A stretch of 64,000 nt of DNA from Malacoraja senta (taxonomy: Eukaryota), in assembly GCA_038087875.1 (NCBI GenBank), contig CM075988.1, forward strand, positions 27,096,001 to 27,160,000, written 5' to 3'. Made by a program: the position numbers and the translations under genes. The notes under the pieces were generated by a model, which saw only the letters and a list, made by a program, of their open reading frames with translations, was not told the origin of the DNA and did no database searches. Below, piece after piece: positions 53,446 to 64,000 of the stretch (its first letter is position 1; the number at the start of each line of letters is the position of its first letter).

Positions 53446-54539
53446 GTAATTTGTGTATTTATTACATATCTCTACAGTTGTAGGTATACTAATTGGCAGC
53501 TTGAAGTTTCCAGCAACGTATTAGGCCCATCTAGTGGTAAAAATATACAGTTGCAATTGTAACTGTGTGATAGAATACTGGTGCCTGGGATCATCGGTTT
53601 TTGAACCAATTCTCAGGGTTTGGGTATCAATGATAGGACCACGGTTTATCGCCCATCCCTATTGGCCTTGAGCTTTTGATATTCATGAACCAAAGATGAT
53701 GTGACGGTGTGTCCTTTTTAAAGGGAATTAATGGTGAATGTATTGGAGTGGAACTGAAAACTGATTTCACAGAGAGAATGAGGTATCAAGTTGTATCCCG
53801 AGTTAAACTATTAGATTTGACAGCAGTCTCATTCTTAATGGTACTAGATATCTTTATATAATTTCCAAGCGTTTTAAAATGGTCAAACTAAATGGATGTT
53901 GAATTTTATGAGCCTCAGCTTTTCTCATCTTATCTGTTTAAAATAACATGAAGGTGTTGTTTGAGCATTATGTTAATTCCATTCATCACTTGCCCTTCGA
54001 TGGACTGGAGATGAGTGAATGCCCAGTGGACCACGACATCAACTAGCACCAGCTGTACGTTTCAAACCATGCTTGACATCAAATGTCATAGAAACTGGGG
54101 CAGATGGGAAGATGATTACAGGCTGAACATGGAGACCATTTGCATTAGATAAATACTATCTGTGTTTATATCTAACACGAGAGCGCTCGGCAATCTAGAA
54201 AATGAATCAGTGACTCCAACGGATGGTTTGTGAGACTCAGACAATCTCATTCTCTGAGATCATCAGTCACTCGTTAATGTGTCAAGTATCAATAGGTAAA
54301 ATTGGCTCCATCACCTCAGCAGAATGTGGCAGCACAGATCAATAGACAATAGGTGCAGGAGTAGGCCATTTGGCCCTTCAAGCCAGCACCGCCATTCAAT
54401 GTGATCATGGCTGATCACTGATAGATGATGGAATATGATCGTCATTCCAAAGATCAAATTGGGGAGTTAGTGATAATTTAAATTAGTGGTAAGGTAAAGT
54501 TAGAAAAAAATGTTAATCTCATAGTGAGAGAGGGGAATG

Positions 54540-54808
54540 CAGCGCTAGCGATCTTGACTACCGGTGCTGTCTGTATGGAGTTTGCACGATCTCCCCGTAA
54601 CCATTTGGGCTTCCTCTGGGTGCTTCATTTTCCTTCCACATCCCAAAGATGTAAAGTTTAATTGGCCTCATTAAATTGTCCCTAATGTTTGGGGAGTAGA
54701 AGGGAAAGTGGGATAACATAGAAATAGTTTGAATGGGTGATCGATGGTTGTCGTGGACTCAGTGGGCCAAAGGGTCAGTTTCAGTGCTGTATGTCTAATT
54801 TAATCTAA
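54540..54808 (+). mobile_element. V-SINE (HE1-like), 5'-truncated
   Basis: gtatggagtttgcacgatctccccgt V-domain and tail. Confidence 0.75.
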
Positions 54809-55265
54809 GAGATCAAACATTGAAGCAGGCGCCAGTTGCAGGTCATTCAATAACACTTTGCCACATTCCTACGAGAGTTTCAGACTCGCAATAAGAGAAT
54901 TTTGTTTCCTGCAGGATTATCAAAAGTAAAGGTCCTTTTAATAACTATGTTTAAAAGCTAAAAGCTATAAATGCAATAAAAAATATTAAAGGCTGCATGA
55001 AATTGCACAAATGTCAATAGAAGTTTCTCAATAGGTGCTTGTTAAAGGCCACATGTAGTGATTATGTTCTCAAGATGCAATGATATATGATTACTGTTGG
55101 TAGGTTACATGGAAACAATTTTTTATCCCCCCAAGGATATTTTTTTCCAAGACTGCTTTTTTACTGCTTATCAATTTTCAAAGCAACTCCTAAGTGGTTG
55201 TCTAGCTCCCAATTAAAATGGTGTTATAACCAATTCATCCCAGGTAATAAAATACAAATACAAAA

Positions 55266-55579
55266 GGGCGGCATGGTGGCGCAGCGGTAGAGTTGCTCTC
55301 TCACAACACCAGAGACCAGCGTTCCATCCTGACTACAAATGCTGTCTATATAGAGTTTATACATTCTCCCTGTGACTGTTTTGGTTTTCTATGGGCGCTC
55401 TGGTTTCCTCCCACATCTTCCCAAGTTTGTAGGTTAATTGGCTTCTATAAACTGTCCTTAGTGTGTAGGATAGAACTAGTGTGAATGGGTGATCGCTGGT
55501 CGGCGTGGACTTGGTGGGCCCAAGTGCCTGTTTCCATGCTGTTTCTCTAAACTCTAAACTAAACTAAACTAAAACTAAA
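55266..55579 (+). mobile_element. tRNA-derived V-SINE (HE1-like), full length
   Basis: A box TGGCGCAGCGG, degenerate B box, V-domain, (CTAAA)n tail. Confidence 0.88.
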
Positions 55580-55776
55580 TAGTCCTCCCTAATTCATAAA
55601 TCACAGTATATCCAAATTCCTTAACAGGTAGCACTTCTTCACAAATCTGGAGCACTTTTCCACAGAAAGATTGTGCTTGGAACTGAGCAGAAACTGTCAA
55701 AGCAGTCACCGTACTAGAGGTTTCAAACCCAAACCAGATGGCCTTTAAAAAACAGATCAGCCATGATCTTCAGCAG

Positions 55777-55990
55777 ATACACACAGAATGCTGGAGTAAC
55801 TCAGCAGGTCAGGCAGCATCTCTGAAGAAAAAGGATAGATGACGTTTCAGGTCGGGACCCTTATTTAGACTCAAGGTTCTGACTCGAAACGTCACCTAGC
55901 CATGTCCTCTAGAGATGCTGGCTGACCTGCTGAGTTACTCCAGCACTTTGTGTCCATCTATGGTATAAACAAGCATCTGCAGTTCCTTGA
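55777..55990. mobile_element. Palindromic element formed by two inverted Penelope 3' termini
   Basis: Left arm atgctggagtaactcagcaggtcaggcagcatctct...gacgtttc; right arm gaaacgtc...agagatgctggctgacctgctgagttactccagca. Confidence 0.8.
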
Positions 55991-56446
55991 TCACATGATC
56001 TCTTTGTTCTGTTAAAATATGGCCAGTTTCAAAATAGCTGGTGGACGGACCTGTTATAATGGTTGAATGAGAATTACTTACAATTGATATAAAAAGCAGA
56101 AAACTGTTGATATTCTCAGCGGGTGGGGCAACAACTGTGGAGAAGGAAATGAAGTAATATTTCAGATCAGTGTCCCTTTATCAGAACTGTTCAGTTTTGG
56201 TCGACTACCTTTATCGGTTTCTGTTTTTATTTTAGATTTCAAACTTGTCAAATGTTTATGCTTTTTAAATATTTGCCTTCAATGATTGCTGCAAAATTAG
56301 ACAGCACTAGAAAATCTAAATGTTATACAATCAAATGTTTAAAATGTGTTTGAGATTTTAAAAAATACGAAGCAAAATGGAGCAGAGTGAGCATAACTAA
56401 GCTAGCTGGGCATTAAGTTTTTGTCTTTTACTGTCTTATGTTGCAG

Positions 56447-56583
56447 GTACACTGCTGTTGCCATGCCAATGCTTTACAATACCCGGTACAGCTCCAAGCG
56501 CAGAGTCACCATCATGATCTCCATCGTCTGGGGCTTGTCCTTTGCCATATCCTGCCCATTACTATTTGGACTGAATGAGTCAG
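56447..56583 (+). CDS. DRD2: Dopamine D2 receptor, exon 4 equivalent (ICL2-TM4)
   Basis: ttgcag|GTAC...TCAG|gtagc; 137 bp; (R)[45 protein letters not shown]; phase matches the previous exon. Confidence 0.96.
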
Positions 56584-56934
56584 GTAGCTATAATGAGCTT
56601 TATTTCTTCCTGTCATAGAGTGATGATAGCAACCTATATGTAAATGTGCAGTCTCATTATGACATTTGATGTGACCAAGTGCCCTAGAGAGGACCAGGTG
56701 GGGCTTTTTGTTCATTAGTGTTCTTATTTTCTTATTTGAGATATCATTCTATCCTATGATTGGAACAAGTAAATGTTCATCGTTAAGAAACAATTACAAA
56801 TTTGCTGGCAACTAAATAATTTTTTGTCTTGCCCACCACTGCAATGCCAAAGGCTAGTAATGGGGAACATTTAGGCTTAACCTTTGAATGGTATCCATAT
56901 CTTAATGGTATCCATATCTTAATGGTATCCATAT

Positions 56935-57650
56935 CTTTCAGTAAGGCATTTGACAAGGTTCTGCATGGTAAGCTGCTCTGGAAGGTTAGATCGCATGGGA
57001 TCCAAGGAGAGATAGCTGAATGGATAGCAAATTGGCTCCATGGAAGGAAGCAGAAGGTGATGGTGGAAGGTTGCTTCTCGGACTGGATGCCTGTGACTAG
57101 TGGTGTGCCTCGGGGTTCGGTGCTGGGCCCATTACTGTTTGTCATATACATCAATGATTTGGATGAGAACATACAGGGCAAAAATGCAAGTTTACTGATG
57201 ATACAAAAGTTAGTGGTTTTGCAGATAGTGAAGATGGTTGTGAATGATTGCAGCAGGATCTGGATCGATTGGCCAGGTGGGTGGAGGAATGGTTGCTGAA
57301 ATTTAATACAGAGAAGTGTGAGGTGTTGTATTTTGGGAAGTTGAACAAGGGCAGGACCTACACAGTAAATGGTAGGCCTCTGGGTTGTGTGGTAGAGCAG
57401 AGGGGTCTAGGAGTACAGGTGCATGGAGTACAGCTATAGGGAGAGGTTAAGTAGGCTGGGACTATTCCATGGAGCGCAGTAGGATGAGGGGAGATCTTAT
57501 AGAGGTGTACAAAATCATGAGAGGAATAGATCGGGTAGATGCACAGACCAGGTGCAGGCAAGTGGAACTAGTGTAGCTGGGACATTGTTGGCCGTTGTGG
57601 GCAAGTTGGGCCGAAGGGCCTGTTTCCACACTGTATCACTCTATGACTCT
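56935..57650 (+). mobile_element. CR1 RT fragment with internal deletions and 3' tail (DRD2 intron 4)
   Basis: [28 protein letters not shown]; preceded by a 17-bp x3 repeat at 56887-56938. Confidence 0.88.
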
Positions 57651-58335
57651 GACACATTAATACACCGTTTGCAAATGTGTCATGCGGGTCATTTCCTAAA
57701 TGGCAAGTATGTTTTTCTTAAAAAACAATAAACAGATAGATCGGGTGTCAGAGGTTATGGGGAGAAGGGGTTAGGAAGGGTAGATAGATCAGCCATGATT
57801 GAATAGCAGAGTGGATGATGGGCCAAATGGCCTAATTCTACTCCTATTCCTTATGACCCAATGACCTTATGATCATTGTTTTCATTCACGTGCTTTCACT
57901 GCTATGTTTAAGATGAGTAGTTGGCTCCTTAAACTACAAGGCTGCAGGTTAGACTGAGATTGAGATTCAAGTAGGATTATCTTAAATAGCTCTTCTCTGG
58001 CTGGTTCGAACCCAATGGCCTCTAAATGCTGTGTGTTTCCATGATTTTATGAACAAACTTTGAGATCCAGTCCAGTGACATAAGACACTGGTGCATCAGT
58101 TAACCGTGCTGCCAGCTAATGTGACACCATTTCCATTCAGCTCAGCAATAACATGAGTTTCACTCTTGTCTCAGTGTCAGTCAAGGTGATCAAGTCTCAC
58201 CTGACAGTCATGAATGTAAAATCTAGATCAGAGCTGGTCCCTAAGAAAGTATATAATGCTGTTTCTAGGTCAGCATGTTAAAGCTGAATTACACATCTCA
58301 TCACCTTTTTGGACTGTCCTCCCGGGCATTGTCAC

Positions 58336-58426
58336 GGTGTCAAGGACAAGCAGGCCTGGTGTAAAGGTCAAGCAGGCCTGGTGTAAAGGTCAAGCAGGCC
58401 TGGTGTAAAGGTCAAGCAGGCCTGGT
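58336..58426. repeat. 22-bp minisatellite, about 4 copies
   Basis: Unit ggtgtaaaggtcaagcaggcct. Confidence 0.9.
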
Positions 58427-58645
58427 TAAATATGAAAATACACAACCAACTCTGAAATTAATAATGGGAAAAAATACAATTTCTCAAAGCCATTTGATCA
58501 TCTAGCTTAGAACAAATATTCTTCTTATATTAGGCGTTCCATTAGATTGCACATCAGTGAACAATGAGGATAACATCTGATTTATGAAAGTCAACATTCA
58601 CTTAATGAATGTGGGAATAATCTTTGAATCATCTCTAAATCTCAG

Positions 58646-58842
58646 ACACCAGGAATGATGCCACCTGTCTTATTCACCACCCCGAATTTGTCGTCTACTC
58701 GTCCATTTTCTCCTTCTTCATTCCCTTCATCGTCACGCTGTTGGTGTACGTGCAGATTTACGTGGTGCTGCGTAAAAGGAGAAAGCGAGTGAACACCAAG
58801 AGAAGCAACAGGTTTGAGTCGGAAATCCAGGCACCATTAAAG
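58646..58842 (+). CDS. DRD2: Dopamine D2 receptor, exon 5 equivalent (ECL2-TM5-start of ICL3)
   Basis: ctcag|ACACC...TTAAAG|gtaaat; 197 bp; (D)TRNDATCLIHHPEFVVYSSIFSFFIPFIVTLLVYVQIYVVLRKRRKRVNTKRSNRFESEIQAPLK; TM5 serines present; not in the ORF track. Confidence 0.95.
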
Positions 58843-59784
58843 GTAAATAAGAACTTTCTATGTTCTTCTAAATTGTTTTGAGACAAGACAGTTTGTCCAC
58901 ATTTGTCCAGTTATTTTTCATACATTAGGTACAAGAGTGACAGTTTTAGATTCACGATCTGTAATTAGACTTCTAGAATCATACAGATTGACCACAGATG
59001 CAGGCCCTTCAGCCCACTAGGTCCATGCTGACCATCAATCACCATTTGTTACAATAATTCTTTCCTAACCCGTTTTCTTCTCCGCACTTTCTCAACATCT
59101 TTTTCCATCCTATCCCTTGCTGTCCTCTCTCACATACATGCTAGTGACAATTCACTGTGGCCAACCTACCTAGCAACTCACAGCTTTCTGACAAAAAATT
59201 CACATGGAAAACATGCAAACTCCACACAGACAGCATTGCAAACTCCAGCCAATTAAGCTGTGAGGAAGCTGTGAGGAAGCTGTGAGGAAGCTGTTTTACT
59301 AGTTGCACCATAGTTCCATGCAATTGTACATGGTATTCGAGGAAGAGCTGCATTGCTTTAGGTACATTATTTTAGACTGGAGCCTTCCACCTCCATATTC
59401 TAATGACATGTTTGCAAATTAAACGAATTCCTGTTGCACAGTTGGAAGAGGAGAGAATTCCCCTGATGTTCCAGGCAGGATTTTCCCCATGACCATTGTT
59501 ACTAAGAACGCATCATATGCTCATTTATTTTATTTCTCTTTTTGAGATTTTAATTTTCACAAAAGTAGCATCCAATTTCCCGCTACAATTAAGCAAAGCA
59601 TTTCATTTTGATGGAATGTTGTGCAGTCTAGCAAATATATCTCACTTCCAATCTCTTGGACAAGTATTTTGTATTTTAATACCTTATTACCTCTGCCAAG
59701 CTTAGAATTTAAATGGTGACCTGTTAGAAAACTGTATATGGAGAACCTCAAATGGAGGAATAAACATATTATTTTTGCATTTAG

Positions 59785-59871
59785 GATAAGTGCACCCATC
59801 CAGAAGACGTGAAGCTCTGTACAGTAATTGTGAAATCAAATGGGAGTTTCCCCACCAATAAGAGGAAAGTG
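59785..59871 (+). CDS. DRD2: Dopamine D2 receptor, exon 6 equivalent (29-aa D2-long ICL3 insert)
   Basis: tttag|GATAAG...AAAGTG|gtgagt; 87 bp, phase 0-0; DKCTHPEDVKLCTVIVKSNGSFPTNKRKV, which is diagnostic of D2 rather than D3 or D4. Confidence 0.96.
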
Positions 59872-61182
59872 GTGAGTGTCTATAGTTTGACCATGGTGTT
59901 GCCTTTGTGTAGTCACTCCCAGCCACCAGAGCTGCAAACAGCTGGAACTTATGTTGTTAATTACACATTAGTATGGGTCACCCAGTGCCAACTTCAGGGA
60001 CTCACCAGCTGCTTGTTTTGGTTCTCCTGCATCACAATAAGCTAAGATTTAATCTTAGGTAAGCACGGGCTGAACCAATACTCTTCTGGACAAACTAACA
60101 TAATTTGGGAAAACTTTCTACTAATGGGCTGCTGCCTAGTCAGAGCATCTCATCGAGATGAAATTGATCCTTCTTTCTGATTCCTTTGTTAGACATAATT
60201 CTCTAAAAGTTGAATCATAGAATGGGATAGTATTAGTCCATTCGGCCATTTAATCCTAGCTCCCTACTCTTTCCTTGTGCCCTGGCAAATCTTGAATTTT
60301 TAAGGGGAGATCCAATTTCTGTTAAAAGATTAATATTGAGTCTACTTCTACTATCTGTTGGGCATAGAATCACTTCCTAAGTGTCTGAAGAGGGGGCCCA
60401 ATCCAAAATGTCAGCTATCCACATTCTCCAGAGATGCTGCCTGACCTGCTGAGTTACTCCAGCACTTTGTGTTCCCCTTAAGAGCCTGTTGGGTTAAAAC
60501 GGTCTTCTTGTGTCACTGCTGGCTTTTGTGAAAACTATTTTAAATTTATATTTTCTGGTTACTGCTAATGTAGAACTGTTTCATCTGAGCAAAATGGTTC
60601 AAATGTCCTTATTATATTGAGCACATAATCTCTCCTCTACGCTCTGTTCCCTAAAGGAAACAGGTTCATCATGTTCTTGTCTCTCCCTGAGAAACTGCTT
60701 CTTTTCCATGTTCTGGAAAGTGAGAATGTTGTGTTCAATTCATTGCGAAGTAGAATAAATTTGCTTTCCATTGAGAAGGAACCGGTGGGCCGAAGGGACT
60801 GTTTCCGTGCTGTATCTCTAAACTAAACTACACTACACTACACAACACTAAACTAAACTAAACTAAACTGCTCCAAACTGCCTCAACTTTTTAACAGGTG
60901 CCAGTACTCAGTAGTGGTACGTACCTTCACACAATAAGCATTGTACAAAGGTACCAAGCGATACTCAACTAGGGAACACAATGAAGTATATATTTATATA
61001 ATGATATATGGACACACTGATCTGTTTTGTAGCCAATGCCTTCTATGTTCTGTTGTGCTGAAGCAAAGCAAGAATTTCATTGTCCTATCAGGGACACATG
61101 ACAATAAACTCACTTGAACTTGAAGTTGAGGTATCTGGGTCTGCGACAGAATGAGCTTCAGAGGCTGAATGGCCTCTTCTTG

Positions 61183-61475
61183 TTTAGTTTAGTATAGAGG
61201 CACAGTGTGGACACAGGCCCTTTGGCCCACCCTGTCCATGCCGATTAATGATCATCCATACACTACTTTTATCCTACACATCAGGGCAATTTACAGAAGC
61301 CAATTAACCTACAAACCTGTACGTCTTTGGAATGTGGGAGGAAACCAGAGCACGTGGAGAAAACCCACATGGTCTCAGGCAGAATGTACAATCTCCATAC
61401 AGACTGCACCCATAGTCAGGATCGAACCCCGGTCCCTGGCGCTGTAAGCTCTACCGCTGCGCCACTGTGCCACCC
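61183..61475 (-). mobile_element. tRNA-derived V-SINE (HE1-like) in DRD2 intron 6
   Basis: Reverse-complement A box ccgctgcgcca, B box ggatcgaacc, V-domain. Confidence 0.88.
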
Positions 61476-61601
61476 AATGTTTCTGGAACAAGTGATTAAT
61501 AGAACAACTCGTCTATTTTAATTGTTATTACTTTCCATTAGTCTGGCATGCACATTGGGTATTTATTTGGTGTTGTGTTGGGATATTTGATCTTGGTGCA
61601 G

Positions 61602-61941
61602 GAGGCCGTGAACCACCAGGATGAGATGGAGATGGAAATGATATCATCTGCCAGTCCCCCTCTAGAGAAGACCAAACTCAAAATGGCAGCCGCCAACCGC
61701 CAGCTGACTGTGCCTACTCCCTCTAACCAGGGAGCGAGTTCTAGTCTGCCATCACCGGCAGGCAGCCCGGTGAGAGGAGAGAAGAATGGTCACCCTAAAA
61801 ACATAAGCAAAGTGACCAAAGCTTTTGAAATCCAGTCAATGCCAAATGGTAAAACAAGAACTTCACTCAAGACCATGAGCAAGAGGAAGATGTCCCAGCA
61901 AAAGGAGAAGAAGGCAACTCAGATGCTGGCTATTGTCCTTG
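61602..61941 (+). CDS. DRD2: Dopamine D2 receptor, exon 7 equivalent (ICL3-start of TM6)
   Basis: gtgcag|GAGGCC...CTTG|gttagt; 340 bp; [13 protein letters not shown]...[40 protein letters not shown]; 5' boundary may extend to 61590 or 61596 (see findings). Confidence 0.93.
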
Positions 61942-62794
61942 GTTAGTATTGTCCCTTCCTTCTGTCCCGTTGAGTTACTCCAGCATTTTGTGTCCCTTCT
62001 TTGTTCATTGCTTCAGTTTGGTTTCCAACCATTTGTCATATAAATGTCTCTAAATTGGAATGGCAAACCATGGAGGGGAAGGAGTCCATGATGTCCCTCG
62101 AGGATCTCTCGACACCACCCTCTCTCTCCCTCTTCACTGCCAGTAGTTGACATGAGAGGAAGTTGGAAAGTTTTAAATCAATTGCTTATTTTTGCAGAAT
62201 ATACAGAAGCTTCCTAAAATGTGGGCACTTCATTGCAACGGATGCATCTGAATCTAGACCATTTCAGGAAATGAGTCAAAATGAGTGCCAATGGGATCAT
62301 GCATTTGCTTGTGTAATGTTGAAGTTGAAGGATCTTTATTACCTAGCTCATGTTTGAAGTGTTTAAATTAACAGTTAGATCCAAGAATTCACTGAAAAAC
62401 AGGGATCCTGTTTCTCCACGGCAGAAGTATTTTCCCATAAATATATTAAAACGAATCCAGTACTGGGTTTCCTCTAACTTTTGACCTTTCCCTTGGTAGT
62501 GGTAGAGGATGTTTATCTGGAGATTATTCATGGTGGCAAAAGCAGGAAAGGAATTATTAGAGAAATTGGAAAGTGGGACAAAGAATCCAAAACAAAAAGT
62601 TAACTGTCCTAACAGTTTAAATCAGCTCAAGCACATATAGAACTTGATAGAGGAGATAGCATAGAGGGAAATCATTTAGCTCAAACTGCTTCCTCCCAAC
62701 GGCACATCATTTTAGTGTTTGAGAATTGTCTCCAATATTTCTAATCTAGATTTGTCAAATACATAGTTGGTTGGATTTGTCAGGCACCTCCATG

Positions 62795-63470
62795 CATAGA
62801 AACATTGTGAAATAGGTGCAGGAGTAGGCCATTTGGCCCTTCAAGCCAGCACCGCCATTCCATATAATCATTGCTGATCATCTAAAATCAGTACCCCATT
62901 CCTGCTTTTTCCCCATATCCCTTGATTTCTTTCACCCTAAGAGCTAAATCTAACTCTCTCTTGAAAATATCCAGCGAATTGACCTCCACTGCCTTTGTGG
63001 CAGAGAATTCCACAGATTCACAACTCTCTGGGTGAAGAGGTTTTTCCTTATCCCAGTCCTAAAAGGCCGACCCCTTATTCTTAAACCGTGACCCCTAGTT
63101 TTGGACTCCCCCAACATTTTTTCCTGTATCTAACCTGTCCAATCCTTTAAAATTTTTAGATATTTCTATAAGATTCCCTCTCATCCTTCTAAATACCAGT
63201 GAATACAAGCCCAGTCGACCCATTCTTTCATCATATGCCAGTCCCGCTATCCCTGGATTAAACTGGTGAACCTACGCTGCATTCCCTCAATAGCAATGAT
63301 GTCCTTCCTCAAATTACGAGACCAAAACTACACACAATACTCCAGGTGCGGTCTCACCAGGGCCCTAAACAACTGCAGTAGGACCTCCATGCTCCTACAC
63401 TCAAATCCTCTCACAATGAAGGCCAACATGCCATTAGCTTTCTTCACTGCCTGCTGTACCTGCATGCTTA
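62795..63470 (-). mobile_element. CR1 LINE 3' fragment
   Basis: Collinear with 20161-20825 and 32279-32960. Confidence 0.9.
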
Positions 63471-63526
63471 CTACATTATTAATGCTTTGTGAGTAATGTC
63501 TAAAGACAGTAGCCTAGAAATATTTT

Positions 63527-63808
63527 TAGGACTTTTAGGACTGAGATGAGAAAAACATTTTTTGCACAGAGAGTGGTGAATCTCTGGAATTCTCTGCCAC
63601 AGAATGTACTTGAGGCCAGTTCATTGGCTATATTTAAGAGGGAGTTAGATGTGGCCCTTGTGGCTAAAGGGATCAGGGGGTATGGAGAGAAAGCAGGTAC
63701 GGGATACTGAGTTGGATGATCAGCCATGATCATATTGAATGGCGGTGCAGGCTCGAAGGGCCGAATGGCCTACTCCTGCACCTATTTTCTATGTTTCTAT
63801 GTTTCTAT
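63527..63808 (+). mobile_element. CR1 LINE 3' fragment, inverted relative to its neighbour
   Basis: cagagagtggtgaatctctggaattctctgcc...; (TTTCTATG)n tail. Confidence 0.9.
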
Positions 63809-64000
63809 TACATGGCAGAAATAGGTGTCAAACCTCAGCTGATGATGAGTCCTGGGATTTGCAGTGGTGGGGGCTTACAAAGTTTGTGCAAGGACACCCA
63901 GAGTCAATATTCTAAAATGATAGAATGAGCCTTAATTCTAACAACACACACACACACACACACAAGGGTCTTTCCTCTGTTGGATTCACCAGGGTACGAT

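Noticed and set aside
55266..55335. tRNA-like A/B boxes
   Set aside because: Heads of V-SINEs, not tRNA genes; followed by the V-domain and LINE-type tail

Overview
Eukaryotic, repeat-rich vertebrate DNA, most likely from a cartilaginous fish (inferred from HE1-type V-SINEs, SacSINE1-type DeuSINEs, and CR1, Rex1 and Penelope elements). The only host gene I can support is a dopamine D2 receptor (DRD2) on the + strand. Five coding exons with canonical AG/GT boundaries and consistent phases are visible (53336-53445, 56447-56583, 58646-58842, 59785-59871, 61602-61941; TM3 to the start of TM6). I could not find the first coding exon (N-terminus, TM1-TM2) in called bases; it may lie in one of two 200-N gaps. 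The last exon lies beyond the window. A CpG/GC-box-rich stretch right after the first gap may be the DRD2 5' end. The rest is intronic or intergenic DNA filled with mostly defective transposons: CR1 LINEs, Rex1/Babar LINEs, Penelope-like GIY-YIG elements, a Gypsy gag-protease with LTR and tRNA-Leu PBS, and SINEs. I found no novel protein-coding system. The best leads are: (i) an abundant family of short Penelope-derived repeats carrying minimal hammerhead-ribozyme motifs, seen as TSD-flanked monomers, palindromes and one retrozyme-like tandem; (ii) possible non-canonical TG splice acceptors at DRD2 exon 7; (iii) a GC-rich non-coding retroelement with a Rex1-type tail; (iv) several locally templated duplications. 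All family assignments come from motif recognition, not database searches, and repeat boundaries are approximate.
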